A stretch of 64,000 bases of DNA from Rhizobium sp. (GCA_047606605.1 JASGEG010000101.1:2217-66216), one strand, 5' to 3'. Shown: positions 12,501-21,693, numbered from the stretch's first letter. The notes: generated from the letters alone by a model not told the origin. A program made the numbers and translations.

Positions 12501-15046
12501 CGCGCGTGGTCTTCCATGCCCGCAACGGCAAGCTGGTCGATCAGATCGCCCGCGCGGCGACGCTGTTCGGCTCGGTCCAGCAGCAGGGCGATCAGTCGCC
12601 GGTCGATCGCCGCGCGGTGCCGCTTGCGCTGCAGGACTCGGTGTTTACGGCCGACGCACCGGAAGCCCAGGACGATCTCGATTTCTGGAACGGCTATGGC
12701 GGGTTCGCCGGCACTGGCCGCGAATATGTCGTTCGTCTCGCCGGCGGCCAGTCGACCCCGCATCCGTGGATCAACGTCATCTCCAACGAGCGCTTCGGCT
12801 TCCATGTGCCCGCCGAAGGCGGCGGCTTCACCTGGAGCCACAATTCGCGCGACTATCAGCTGACGCCATGGACCAACGACATGGTCATCAACCGTCCAGG
12901 CGAGGCGCTCTATGTGACCGACCTCGACAGCAACACGGTGATGACGCCCTATGCCGGCCTGTCGCGCAATCCGAAGGTGCGCTATGAGGCCCGCCACGGC
13001 CTCGGCTACTCGGTCTTCTCGAGCGAAGAGAATGACATCGCGCTGGAGCTGACGCAGACGATCGACCGCGAGCGTCCGGTCAAGCTCTTCCGCCTGCGTC
13101 TCAGCAACAAGGGCAAGGGCAGCCGGCGTCTGCGGCTCTACAATTATGCGGAATGGGTGCTCGGCACCAATCCGCACAAGACCAAGCCTTTCATCCTGTC
13201 GTCGCTGGACGAGGAGACGGGCGCTTTGTTTGCCAACAACCGCTACAGCATCGATTATTCCCAGCGCATCGCCTTCATGGCGGCGAGCGAGGCGCATTCG
13301 AGCTTCTCGGCAAGCCGCCGCGAGTTCATCGGCCGGCATGGCACGGTGCAGCTGCCGGAAGCCGTGGTTTCCGGTGCCGCACTCTCCAACTCGACCGATC
13401 TCGACGGCGATCCCTGCGCGGCGCTCGCCTTCGATCTGACCATCGGCGCGGGCGAAGAGAAGGAAATCTGCTTCTACATGGGCGATACTGCCTCGCTCGA
13501 AGAGGCGCGCGCCCTGGTGGCCGATATCCGCAAGGCCGATTTCGAGGCCGTGCTCGCCGCCAGCCGCGGCTTCTGGGACGGCTTCACCGGCCGCCTGCAG
13601 ATCTCGACGCCGGACAAGGCGATGAACAACATGATCAATGCCTGGCTCCCCTATCAGAGCCTCGGCTGCCGCATCATGGCGCGTACCGCCTTCTATCAGG
13701 CCTCGGGCGCCTTCGGCTTCCGTGACCAGCTCCAGGATACGCTGGCCTTCCTGATGCATGCGCCGGAACTGGCCCGCAAGCAGATCCTGAATGCGGCGCA
13801 ACGCCAGTTCCGCGAGGGCGACGTGCAGCATTGGTGGCTGCCGGGCAGCGGCGCCGGCGTGCGCACGCATATCTCGGACGACGTCGTCTGGCTTGCCTAT
13901 GCGATCGATCAATATTGCACGGTGACGGGCGACAAATCGCTTCTCGACGAGGAACTGGCCTTCGTCGAAGGTGCCGCGCTGATGCCCGGAACGCACGACG
14001 CCTTCTACCAGCCGACCGTGTCGAAGGATAAGGTCAGCGTCTACGAGCATGCGGCACTCGCGCTCGACCTTGCCATCAAGCGCAAGGGCGGCAACGGCCT
14101 GCCGCTGATCCTCGGCGGCGACTGGAACGACGGCATGAACCGCGTCGGCATCCAGGGCCGTGGCGAAAGCGTCTGGCTCGGCTGGTTCCTGGCCGGTACG
14201 CTCACCGCCTTCCTGCCCTATGCCGAAGCGCGCGGCGACAAGGAGCGCGTCGAGCGCTGGACCAAGCATCTGCCGGAACTGCGCAAGTCGCTGGAAACGG
14301 CGGGCTGGGTCGGCGGCCATTATCGCCGCGGCTATTTCGACGACGGCAGCCCGCTCGGCTCGAACGAGAATTTCGAATGCCAGATCGATTCGATCGCGCA
14401 GTCGTGGAACATTCTCTCCGGCGAAGGCGACCGCGAGCGCGGAGAGAAGGCGATGAACGCCGTTCTTGACAAGCTGGTCGACGACGACAACCGCATCATC
14501 CGGCTGTTCACGCCGCCCTTCTCCAAGTCGGCGCGCGATCCGGGCTACATCAAGTCCTATCCGCCGGGCGTGCGCGAAAATGGCGGGCAATATACCCACG
14601 CCGCCACCTGGGTGGTCATGGCGCTGGCGGAGATGAACCGCGGTGACGATGCCTGGCATTGCTTCGAGCTGCTGAACCCGGTCAACCACGCACTTGATCG
14701 CGATCAGGCCGATACCTACCGCGTCGAGCCTTACGTCATCGCCGCCGACGTCTATGGCGAGGGGCAACTGACCGGCCGCGGCGGCTGGACCTGGTACACC
14801 GGCTCGGCCGGCTGGTTCTATCGCGTGGCGATCGAGGGCATTCTCGGCATCCGCGTCAAGAACGGCCGTCTCTACGTCAAGCCGGCACTGCCTTCGACCT
14901 GGGACGGCTTTGCGGCGGACCTCGACCTGCCGAGCGGAAAATACCGCATTTCGGTCTCAAAAGCGCCCGATGCAGACGGATACTCAGTCTCCGTGAATGA
15001 TAGGGCACTTGCCCATCCCGAAGAGGGCTATCCGATCGGACAGTAA
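6533..15046 (+). CDS. ndvB: Cyclic beta-1,2-glucan synthase (NdvB/ChvB/Cgs)
   Basis: ~2840 aa; WERKRGKL, RQHRWARGDWQ, SWSGSMFEYLMP and C-terminal GH94-like motifs (GFRDQLQD, GDWNDG, ENGGQYTHAA). Confidence 0.95.
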   Translation: MTSQNLSTVPPRESEAKQIDHNDSIRASYFSSEQIRECGANFARNGAKTKLPGFQPFDFFARHKENEKEILRVYRSANADVDAGESITPAAEWLLDNHYIIEEAIQEVRRDFPKKFYDQLQKITIDGMVMPRTMALAWLYVAHTHSTVSRQGLLALVEGFQSQDMLKIGELWAVPSLVRYILVDNLRRISSRVEQSRITRKKANEAVDELIRLNDDAKVAEFLKTLEPYTSDNTFATQFLYRLRDGSHTSGLAITWMEKRLADAGTDAESVTMAEHNRLSSGNVTMGNIIKSLRLIDDTDWSVWVEEVSAVDKLLWDETDYAKLDPGSRNSYRRRIEKLARRSDKTEMEIAQVAMAMTDAAKASGDAQSREPNIGDFIMGQQTEKLEKAIGYRVPLSVSFVRQWRKLNWLSIAAPVLLLTVLALAVVGYFMIQAGMGWAETLILLLMFSLPASEGATGLFNFFVTMYLTPARLVGYEFKEGIPEEARTLVVVPTLIGNRDSVDELVRNLEVHYLANPGGEIYYALLSDWPDSQEEESERDLEILDYARREVANLAARYDEDGVQRFYLLHRRRLYNSAEGAWMGWERKRGKLHELNLLLRGDRDTTFLPGANTVPKDVQYVMTLDSDTRLVRDTVTKLVGKLHHPINRPVFDAEAKRVVRGYGVLQPRVTPSLTTGKDASVFQRVFSVNRGLDPYVFAVSDVYQDLVEEGTFTGKGLYHVDAFEASLKGKIDENAVLSHDLLEGSMARCALVTDCELVEDFPIRYEVEVSRQHRWARGDWQLLPYIFNPKRGVTGLGRWKMMDNLRRSLTPIAWFFASVLGWYFMGPLAALIWQILLIFCLFVAPTLSLINGIIPRTSDIVARAHLYTVWTDIRAANAQVALRIVFIADGACIMADAIARSLYRAFVSRKLMLQWRTAASAQAAAQTTILGHYRVMWHAPVLALLALAFASLSGDNAFLVGIPFALLWVLSPAIAWYVSQTAETEDKLEVPESVSAELRKIARRTWRYFDTFVVEQQNHLPPDNVQQTPNAVVASRTSPTNIGVYLLSVISARHFGWISFEETIDRMEKTMATVEKLEKFRGHLCNWYHTDTLKPMGARYVSAVDSGNFAGHLIAVSSACRIWAEAPSAHMQGNLDGIGDVAGILAEILAELPDDRKTVRPLRHRLEERIVGFQNALAAVKREHEFASIRIINLSVLAHDIQKLAANLDHEVKSAQSGEVLTWSQSLVKVCEGHIADSVFDLANVDALRQRLANLRDRMRKIAFGMEFAFLYRPERRLLSIGFRVETNELDAACYDLLASEARLTSLFAIAKGDLPTEHWYRLGRQVVPVGSRGALVSWSGSMFEYLMPPLVMQERQGGILNQTNNLIVQEQMNYAKRLGAGIPWGISEAAFNARDHQMQYQYTNFGVPSLGLKRGLGQNAVIAPYASILASQYRPEAALENLQKLRKVGALGIYGFHDAVDFTPTRVPEGKKCAVVYNYYAHHHGMSIAAVANVAFNGRLRELFHADPVIEAAELLLQEKAPRDIPVMAAKHESDQPANIQEDMLRPEIRKIADPATQDRELAFLSNGHYSVMLTATGAGYSRWNGLSVSRWRPDPTEDRWGTFVFLRDTVSGQWWSTTSEPRSIEGEKVKVAFSDEKAEYSKTVGDLTSEVECIVATEHDAEGRRVTLLNMGTEDRFIEVTSYLEPAIASDDVDSGHPVFARMFVRTEIGASGDVIRAERNKRDYNEPDMSIAHLVVDNAGSERPTEFETDRRKFLGRGRTLAEAAAFDPGATLSGTDGFTMDACLSLRRVVRVPAGKKVSVIFWTISAPNREEVDKAVERYRNPDAFGVELTQAWTRTQMQMRHVGVTSQQAAAFQKLARYLVYPDMHLRADGATVQAGLHSQSALWPVTISGDFPIFTLRINDDIDLEIAKEALSAAEYLRSRGIAADLVILNERAAELAQDMQQELDGLVDHIRHNQGEGLRQHIFAVRKDLIENETYQQILAASRVVFHARNGKLVDQIARAATLFGSVQQQGDQSPVDRRAVPLALQDSVFTADAPEAQDDLDFWNGYGGFAGTGREYVVRLAGGQSTPHPWINVISNERFGFHVPAEGGGFTWSHNSRDYQLTPWTNDMVINRPGEALYVTDLDSNTVMTPYAGLSRNPKVRYEARHGLGYSVFSSEENDIALELTQTIDRERPVKLFRLRLSNKGKGSRRLRLYNYAEWVLGTNPHKTKPFILSSLDEETGALFANNRYSIDYSQRIAFMAASEAHSSFSASRREFIGRHGTVQLPEAVVSGAALSNSTDLDGDPCAALAFDLTIGAGEEKEICFYMGDTASLEEARALVADIRKADFEAVLAASRGFWDGFTGRLQISTPDKAMNNMINAWLPYQSLGCRIMARTAFYQASGAFGFRDQLQDTLAFLMHAPELARKQILNAAQRQFREGDVQHWWLPGSGAGVRTHISDDVVWLAYAIDQYCTVTGDKSLLDEELAFVEGAALMPGTHDAFYQPTVSKDKVSVYEHAALALDLAIKRKGGNGLPLILGGDWNDGMNRVGIQGRGESVWLGWFLAGTLTAFLPYAEARGDKERVERWTKHLPELRKSLETAGWVGGHYRRGYFDDGSPLGSNENFECQIDSIAQSWNILSGEGDRERGEKAMNAVLDKLVDDDNRIIRLFTPPFSKSARDPGYIKSYPPGVRENGGQYTHAATWVVMALAEMNRGDDAWHCFELLNPVNHALDRDQADTYRVEPYVIAADVYGEGQLTGRGGWTWYTGSAGWFYRVAIEGILGIRVKNGRLYVKPALPSTWDGFAADLDLPSGKYRISVSKAPDADGYSVSVNDRALAHPEEGYPIGQ

Positions 15047-15072
15047 CGTTTTCGTGCACTGTTTTGAATCGA

Positions 15073-15110
15073 CGATCGGGGCCAAAGGGGGAACTCTTTG
15101 GCCCCGATCG
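15073..15110. other. 15-bp perfect-stem hairpin between ndvB and opgC
   Basis: cgatcggggccaaag ... ctttggccccgatcg. Confidence 0.7.
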
Positions 15111-15139
15111 CATTTGATTGTCGGAACAGGAGAGGGCTC

Positions 15140-16354
15140 ATGAACCCCAGGGCAGATGTCGCGACGATTTCGGCAAACCGGATCAGCGTGCCGACGGCGG
15201 CGACAGGACGTGATACGCGGCTGGACGTCCTGAGGGGCCTCGCCCTGATCTCCATCTTCATCAACCATGTCCCCGGCCAGTTCTTCGAGCATCTGACGAC
15301 AAAGAATTTCGGCTTTTCCGATGCGGCAGAAGCCTTCGTTCTGATCTCCGGCATTTCCGTCGGCCTTGCTTATGGCACGCGGTTCAAGCCCGGCAACCGG
15401 CTCTCCATGGCCTGGAAAGCGATCAAGCGCGCCTTCACGCTCTATACTGCGCACATGATCACCACCTTCATCACGCTGGTGCTGTTCATCTCCGGTGCCT
15501 GGATATTCCGGCAGGTGGGCCTGCTGTGCGAGGTCAACATCCTCGCCGTGCTGATGGACCCGGCACGCGGCATTCCGGCGCTGCTGACGCTCGGCCACCA
15601 GATCGGCTACAACAATATCCTGCCGATGTACGGCGCGCTGTTCCTGATGCTGCCGCTGATGCTGGTGCTGGAGGCGAAAAGCCCGCTGCTGCTGCTGACG
15701 CTGTCCGCCGGCGTCTGGCTGCTGGCCGGCATCTACCAGATCGCGCCGCACACGACGCTGCTCGACGGCTTCTGGTTCCTGAACCCGCTGTCCTGGCAGT
15801 TCCTGTTCGTCATCGGCTTCGTTGCGGTGATGCATGTGAAGCGCGGCGGCCGGATCGGCTACAATCCGGTCCTGTTTACGCTGTCGCTCGCCTATGTACT
15901 GCTGTCCTTCATCTGGGTCACCGACAAGCTCTGGGTGCTCGGCGATCAGCTTGCCACCCTCGGCCTGCCCACGGTCATCACCGGTTTCGACAAGACCTTC
16001 CTGTCGCTGCCCCGGCTGCTGCATGTGCTGGCGCTCGCCTATCTCATCCTCTGCATGCCCTCGGCCTCGCGCCTGCTGCGCCGGTCGGCCGACCATCCGC
16101 TGACGATCCTCGGCCGCCATTCGCTGAGCATCTTCGTGGCCGGCACGATCCTGGCCATGGCCGGCCAGGTGATCCTCTATGTCACGGAAAAGGACCCGGC
16201 CGTCGGCGGCGCCTATGTACTCGTCGGCATTGTCGCGCAGTTCGCCTATGCCTATTATCTCGAGCACCGGCGGCTGGATTCGGCCGGCGATCGCCCCGCG
16301 GCCACGCCGGTACGACGCGTGGCTTCGCCGGTGCGCGTGCAGCGGCACCCGTGA
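15140..16354 (+). CDS. opgC: OpgC-family glucan succinyltransferase/modifier
   Basis: RDTRLDVLRGLAL, FGFSDAAEAFV, NILPMY, NPLSWQFLF motifs; adjacent to ndvB; AGGAGAG RBS. Confidence 0.85.
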   Translation: MNPRADVATISANRISVPTAATGRDTRLDVLRGLALISIFINHVPGQFFEHLTTKNFGFSDAAEAFVLISGISVGLAYGTRFKPGNRLSMAWKAIKRAFTLYTAHMITTFITLVLFISGAWIFRQVGLLCEVNILAVLMDPARGIPALLTLGHQIGYNNILPMYGALFLMLPLMLVLEAKSPLLLLTLSAGVWLLAGIYQIAPHTTLLDGFWFLNPLSWQFLFVIGFVAVMHVKRGGRIGYNPVLFTLSLAYVLLSFIWVTDKLWVLGDQLATLGLPTVITGFDKTFLSLPRLLHVLALAYLILCMPSASRLLRRSADHPLTILGRHSLSIFVAGTILAMAGQVILYVTEKDPAVGGAYVLVGIVAQFAYAYYLEHRRLDSAGDRPAATPVRRVASPVRVQRHP

Positions 16355-16699
16355 TCGTTTGCCGGCCGCTCAGGCCGCAATTCATAGCTCCTTGATTCTC
16401 ATCGGCAATTCCTTCACGACATTTTCGTGAAGGAGAGGTGACGTGCTGTTTTTGCAACGCGACATCGTTTCGCTGCGTCACGCCAGAGATTTCATTGTCC
16501 GAAATCTTGTTGTGCAAAATTGAAATGCCTACATCCTGCCCGTGACGGCGCTCGGGGAGTGTCGCCACCCCGGCGCCATGTGCGCCCGAACGGGTGCATG
16601 ACGCAATCGTGGGGATTGTCAAAACGGGGAATGGGGTAGGGAACGTCGAATTTTCGGCGCGATAACTCATGCCCAATCGATACTGGATTGGAGTGATCT

Positions 16700-17790
16700 A
16701 TGAATATCAGAAGTCTTCTTCTCGGTTCGGCCGCGGCACTCGCCGCCGTCTCGGGAGCGCAGGCGGCTGACGCCATCGTGGCCGCGGAGCCGGAACCGCT
16801 TGAATATGTACGGATCTGCGACGCCTATGGCGCCGGTTACTTCTTCATTCCCGGCACCGAGACCTGCCTGAAGGTCGGCGGCCGCGTTCGCACCGAGGGC
16901 GAATGGTATGACGCCTACAACGCCAACAGCAAGAACGGCACGCTCTGGCATACCCGCGCGGAACTGAATGTCGACACCGCGACGGATACCGAATATGGCC
17001 CGCTGAAGACCAATACGGTCGTCCGTTGGGACTGGAACGACGGCAACACGACCAGCCCAAGCTGCTCTGGGCCAATATCAGCCTCGGCGGCTTCCTGGTC
17101 GGCAAGGCGGATTCGCAGTACAACGCCTATACGAACTATGCCGGCAACGTCATCAACGACGACGTCATCTATGACGGCCCGAAGGAACTCAACCAGCTCA
17201 CCTACAAATATGATGCCGGCAACGGCTTCACGGCCGTGATCTCGCTGGAAGATTCCAACTCCTCGAGCAACACTTCGTCCTATGGCGGCGCATGGCAGAC
17301 CGGCAAGGCCAACCACTATGCTCCGGACGTCGTTCTCGGTGCCGGCTACAAGACGGGTGCATGGACCCTGCGCGTCATCGGCGGCTATGACAGCGTCGTC
17401 GAGGAAGGCGCGATCAAGGCGCGCATCGATGCCGATTTCGGCGACTTCAAGGCCTTCCTGATGGGCGGCTGGAACACCGACGGCGACAGGCTGAACAAGT
17501 ATGCCGGCTCCTATCTCAACAGCAACCGCGCCGCATGCCCGACCGACGGCGCCGATTGCGGCTGGGGCGACTGGGCCTTCTGGACGGGTGCCAGCTACCA
17601 GCTGACGCCGAAGCTGCAGGCCAATGCCCAGGTGGCCTACACCGATACGAAGATCTTCGCCGCCACCGCCAATGTCGCATGGCGCCCGGTCAAGGATCTG
17701 CTGGTCGAACCGGAAGTGTCCTACACCAACTGGGATGCCGCCGACGCCGACCAATGGGCCGGCGTGCTGCGCTTCGAACGCAAGTTCTGA
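16700..17790 (+). pseudogene. ropA: RopA/Omp2-family alphaproteobacterial porin, frameshifted near 17056
   Basis: N-terminus MNIRSLLLGSAAALAAVSGAQAADAIVAAEPEPLEYVRICDAYGAGYFFIPGTETCLK; second frame ends RFERKF; frames join if one base is added near AGCCCAAG. Confidence 0.8.
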
Positions 17791-17884
17791 TCTGATCCCG
17801 GTTTGACGCCAGTCACAACCGGTTTGACGCCCGTCATGACTCCGCGGACGTCAAGACCGATTTGACCTCCGATCAGAGATGGAG

Positions 17885-17920
17885 AAAGGCCCGGTTTTCC
17901 CTGCCGGGCCTTTTTTATTT
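17885..17920 (+). terminator. Rho-independent terminator after porin
   Basis: aaaggcccgg-loop-ccgggccttttttattt. Confidence 0.85.
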
Positions 17921-17966
17921 TTGATTCAGCTCATCTATTCTGCATGCAGTCACCGAGAGAGCGAAA

Positions 17967-18497
17967 ATGGGTGTGAGGAACTATTTGATCGAAGGCGTTT
18001 CCGGGACCGGCAAGACCTCGGTCGCCACGGAACTGCAACGGCGGGGTTATCATGTCATCCATGGCGACCGCGAGCTGGCGTATCAAGGCGACCCCCGGAC
18101 GGGCGACCCTCTGGACGAGGCAGCGCGTGAGCAGATCCTCTTGGACGTGGTCCTCAGCCACAAGCACCATCTTTGGAATGTCGACAAGGTCAAATCCCTG
18201 GTGGCCGATCGATGTCATCCGATCTCCTTCTTTTGCGGCGGCTCAAGGAATTTCCATCGCTTCATTGATCTGTTTGACGGCGTCTTCGTTCTCGATGTCG
18301 ATCTGGACACGTTGAAAAGGCGGTTGGCCGGCCGAGCTGAAGACGAATTCGGCGGAAAACCAGCCGAGCGAGACCTGGTTATCCGAGTGCATGCGACGAA
18401 AGAGGATATTCCCGGGAGCGCGACGACCATCGACGCCACCGCGCCGCTCACCCGGGTCGTCGACGATATTCTCTCGAAATGCGGAGTGGTCGACTAG
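17967..18497 (+). CDS. P-loop nucleotide kinase-like/AAA family protein
   Basis: N-terminal IEGVSGTGKT Walker A; 176 aa. Confidence 0.75.
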   Translation: MGVRNYLIEGVSGTGKTSVATELQRRGYHVIHGDRELAYQGDPRTGDPLDEAAREQILLDVVLSHKHHLWNVDKVKSLVADRCHPISFFCGGSRNFHRFIDLFDGVFVLDVDLDTLKRRLAGRAEDEFGGKPAERDLVIRVHATKEDIPGSATTIDATAPLTRVVDDILSKCGVVD

Positions 18498-18600
18498 GGC
18501 AATTCCGGGAAAAGTGCGTGAGCCGCTTTCCGTCCGGAATTGCGTCAAAACAAAAAGTTAGAGCGTTTCAGCGATTTCATGAAGCACTGAAATGCCCTAA
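18494..18600 (+). repeat. RIME/MITE-like rhizobial intergenic repeat, copy 1
   Basis: Terminal inverted repeats tagggcaattc...gaaatgcccta; first half near-identical to 41799-41904. Confidence 0.8.
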
Positions 18601-18650
18601 GGGCCGTCGCCACTGAAGGATGGTATTGCTCTGTCGGAAATCCGGCCGCA

Positions 18651-18682
18651 AAAAAGCCGGGGGAACGTTGCTCCCCCGGCTT
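18651..18682 (-). terminator. Rho-independent terminator after ndvA
   Basis: aagccggggga...tcccccggctt hairpin with A-run on + strand (U-tail on -). Confidence 0.8.
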
Positions 18683-18707
18683 CGATCTTTGGGCCCCATT
18701 CGAAAGA

Positions 18708-20477
18708 TCAGGCGGCTTCGTGTTCCGTGGTATGGGCCTTGCGGACTTCCTCGTCCGTCAGGATGCCGCTGGCGCGCAGCAGGGCGGCGAAGCGGCCGTT
18801 GCTCTGGCTGAGCTCGTTGAAGCTGCCATTCTCGATGATGCGGCCGTTATCGAGGAAGAGGACGATATCGGCTTCGCGGACCGTCGACAGGCGGTGCGCG
18901 ATGATGAACGTCGTGCGGTTCTGGCGCAGGTTGTCGATCGCCGCCTTGACGCGGTTCTCGGTCTCCACATCGAGCGCGCTCGTGGCTTCGTCCAGCACGA
19001 GGATCGGCGCGTCCTTGAGGATGGCGCGGGCGATCGCGATGCGCTGGCGCTCGCCGCCGGAGAGCTTGTTGCCGCGCTCGCCGACACGGGTCTCGTAGCC
19101 GCTTTCACGATTCTCGATGAAGTCGTTGGCGGCGGCGGCCTGTGCGGCGCGCATCATTTCCTCTTCGGTCGCACCTTCGCGGCCGAGGCGGATGTTGTCG
19201 CTGATCGAGCGGTTCAGCAGGCCGGCATCCTGGAAGACGGTGGCGATGTAGCGGCGCAGCGACTTGCGCGTCACCTTGGTGATGTCGTTGCCGTCGACGA
19301 GGATCTGGCCCTGCTGCGGGTCGAAGACGCGCTGCAGCAGGTTGACGAGCGTCGTCTTGCCGGCGCCGGTCGGGCCGACGATGGCGACGGTCTGGCCGGC
19401 CTTCACCTTGAAGGAGATGTCGTGCAGGCCCTGGGCGCTGTTGGCGAAGCCGAAGGAGACGTCGCGGAACTCGACTTCGCCCTTGACGTCCTTGATCTCG
19501 GCAAGGCCGGCCGGCTCTTCGCGGTCGCGGACGGAATCTTCCAGCGTGTAGAAGTCTACCAGCTTGGCGCGGGCCTCGAAGATCTGGTTGGCGAAGTTGC
19601 GCAGCTGCTCCAGACGGCCGATCAGCACGTTGGCGAAGGCGATGAAGGTGATGAGCGCGCCGAGGCTCAGGCTGCCGGCTTGGACGAGCACGGTGCCGAT
19701 CATCAGGATCGCCATCATCGCGACGGTCGAGGCCGTACGGTTCAGCGCGCCGGCAAAGGCCCACCAGTCGAGGACCGGATACTGGGCGGCCAACAGGCGT
19801 TCCGTGAAGGACTTGAGCGCCTTGGTCTCGGCTTCGATGCGGTTGTAGCTGTGCAGCACCGAGACGTTGCTGATCGAGTCGCTGACATGCGAGAAGACGG
19901 TGTTGTAGTGGCTTTCGACCGAGGTCTGGCCATCCTTGGTGCGGCTCATGACCAGCTGGCCGATGATCCAGTAGAAGATGCCGAGCAGGATGAGAACGGC
20001 CGAAAGGCGCAGGTCCATCGACATGGCGGTCGGGATCATGACGACGAGCGCCACGGCCGTTGCCAGGTGGTTGCGCATGAATTCGAGCCACAGGCCGAAC
20101 AGGGCTTCGCAAGCGCGCAGCAGCGTGTTCAGCGCGCTGGCGGTGCCGCGCTGGCTATGCCAGGACAGGGGCATGGAGATGATGCGGCCGAAGGCTTCCG
20201 TCAGCAGCGACGCGCGGCGTCCATGCGCCAGGCGATCGGCTTCGCGGGAGACGACGATGAAGGCGACCGCGCTGAAGACGGCAAAGCCGGCCCACAGCAT
20301 CATGGTCGGCGTCACGGCCTCTTTCTTGGCAATGGCGTCGAAGATGCGGCCGAACAGAACCGGCTCGTAAATCGTGGCCATCGCCAGTGCGACGTTTGCG
20401 ATGACAACCATCCACACGCGATAGCGATACGCGCCAAGATACTTCAGGGCTCTTGCATAGACTTTGAACAGCGACAC
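18708..20477 (-). CDS. ndvA: Cyclic beta-1,2-glucan export ABC transporter (NdvA/ChvA)
   Basis: Fused TM+ATPase, GPTGAGKT, LSGGERQR; N-terminus VSLFKVYARAL; linked to ndvB and expR. Confidence 0.92.
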   Translation of the reverse strand: MSLFKVYARALKYLGAYRYRVWMVVIANVALAMATIYEPVLFGRIFDAIAKKEAVTPTMMLWAGFAVFSAVAFIVVSREADRLAHGRRASLLTEAFGRIISMPLSWHSQRGTASALNTLLRACEALFGLWLEFMRNHLATAVALVVMIPTAMSMDLRLSAVLILLGIFYWIIGQLVMSRTKDGQTSVESHYNTVFSHVSDSISNVSVLHSYNRIEAETKALKSFTERLLAAQYPVLDWWAFAGALNRTASTVAMMAILMIGTVLVQAGSLSLGALITFIAFANVLIGRLEQLRNFANQIFEARAKLVDFYTLEDSVRDREEPAGLAEIKDVKGEVEFRDVSFGFANSAQGLHDISFKVKAGQTVAIVGPTGAGKTTLVNLLQRVFDPQQGQILVDGNDITKVTRKSLRRYIATVFQDAGLLNRSISDNIRLGREGATEEEMMRAAQAAAANDFIENRESGYETRVGERGNKLSGGERQRIAIARAILKDAPILVLDEATSALDVETENRVKAAIDNLRQNRTTFIIAHRLSTVREADIVLFLDNGRIIENGSFNELSQSNGRFAALLRASGILTDEEVRKAHTTEHEAA

Positions 20478-20839
20478 GTCTGGCACCCTCTGTGCATCAA
20501 CAGATTTCGGAATGACCCGGATGCTACAGATTGCTACCTGAACCGGCGATTAACGGAATCCGGCGCCGCTTTTCCAGGGGCTTCCGCGGTTTTTCCGCAC
20601 TGCGGCAAACCGGATTCGGCGGGCGCTTGAGAAATGTGATAAATTTAGAATACTTATTTTCCAATAGCATTGCAGGGGTGCAAAGTGGTTGCTATTCACG
20701 GTTGCCATTCGAATTTTTCGCCGCTGACGTTTAATTTCCTATTGGCCGGAGTCTGCCCGCCACCCGCCGCCGCGGAGGCAGGGCGACATCTACGACCGTA
20801 TCCTGACGAACAACCAGGCCTTCGGGCCAGGGGGTATAT

Positions 20840-21580
20840 GTGAATATTCACTCGTTAATACAATTGCTTGTGGTCATCGAGGAGTGCAGGCACGCCAACA
20901 ATGTCATCACCGAACTGGAACTGGTGCTGCGCTCCTACAAGTTCGATTTCTATGGTGTGCTGAAGCATCCGCGGCCGGCGGGCGATCTGCTCGGCCTCAT
21001 GCTCGCCGGGCGCTGGCCGGACAATTGGCCGCTCACCTATGTCTCGAAGAAATATATTCTGTCCGATCCGACCGTACGTTATCTGGGGCAGGCGCAGCGG
21101 CCCTTCCGCTGGAGCGATGCCATGTCGGCGCTGAAGGACGATCCGTTGCGGCGGCGCATGGAGCAGATGATGGAAGACGCCCGCGCCAATGGGCTCGTCG
21201 ACGGCTACATCTTCCCGATCCACGGCCGCAACGGCCTGCTGGGCACGATGACGATCGGCGGCAATGCGATCGATCTGTCGCCGGTCGAGCTGTCGCTTTT
21301 CGATGCCGTGGCCAAAAAGACCTTCTGGAAGCTCCTGGAATTGCGGGACGAAGCCCAGATGCTGGAAGACGCCCCGGCCGTCAAGGCAAAGCTGACCCGG
21401 CGCGAGATTGAAGTGCTCAACCATCTGTCGGAGGGCATGACCTCGATGGATATCAGCCGAAAGCTGAAGATCTCAAATCACACCGTCGATTGGTACATGA
21501 ACAGTATCCAGGATAAGCTGAATGCCCGCAATCGCCAACATATCGTCGCGATTGCTTTCAGAAACGGGCTTGTTCCGTGA
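20840..21580 (+). CDS. expR: LuxR-family AHL-binding regulator, ExpR/AviR orthologue
   Basis: AGRWP..W...Y..KKY...DPT autoinducer-binding domain, LTRRE/ISNHTVDWYM HTH; ndvA-expR-pyc synteny as in Sinorhizobium. Confidence 0.85.
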   Translation: MNIHSLIQLLVVIEECRHANNVITELELVLRSYKFDFYGVLKHPRPAGDLLGLMLAGRWPDNWPLTYVSKKYILSDPTVRYLGQAQRPFRWSDAMSALKDDPLRRRMEQMMEDARANGLVDGYIFPIHGRNGLLGTMTIGGNAIDLSPVELSLFDAVAKKTFWKLLELRDEAQMLEDAPAVKAKLTRREIEVLNHLSEGMTSMDISRKLKISNHTVDWYMNSIQDKLNARNRQHIVAIAFRNGLVP

Positions 21581-21693
21581 CGCAACTATTTTGATTTCCG
21601 ACGCGGCAAGAAATTGAACTTCTCGTGACAAGAAGTTAAGGGTTTTCTTCGCGGGTGCAGCATTGCCCGTTCCGATGCCGTGAGGAGACTGCA

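Noticed and set aside
6503-14767. Long antisense ORFs (up to 1121 aa) opposite ndvB; similar ones opposite pyc, ndvA, phbAB and uup
   Set aside because: Typical shadow ORFs of high-GC3 coding DNA with no recognisable motifs.
17050-17062. Programmed -1 frameshift in the porin
   Set aside because: No canonical slippery heptamer or evident stimulatory structure; an indel is simpler.
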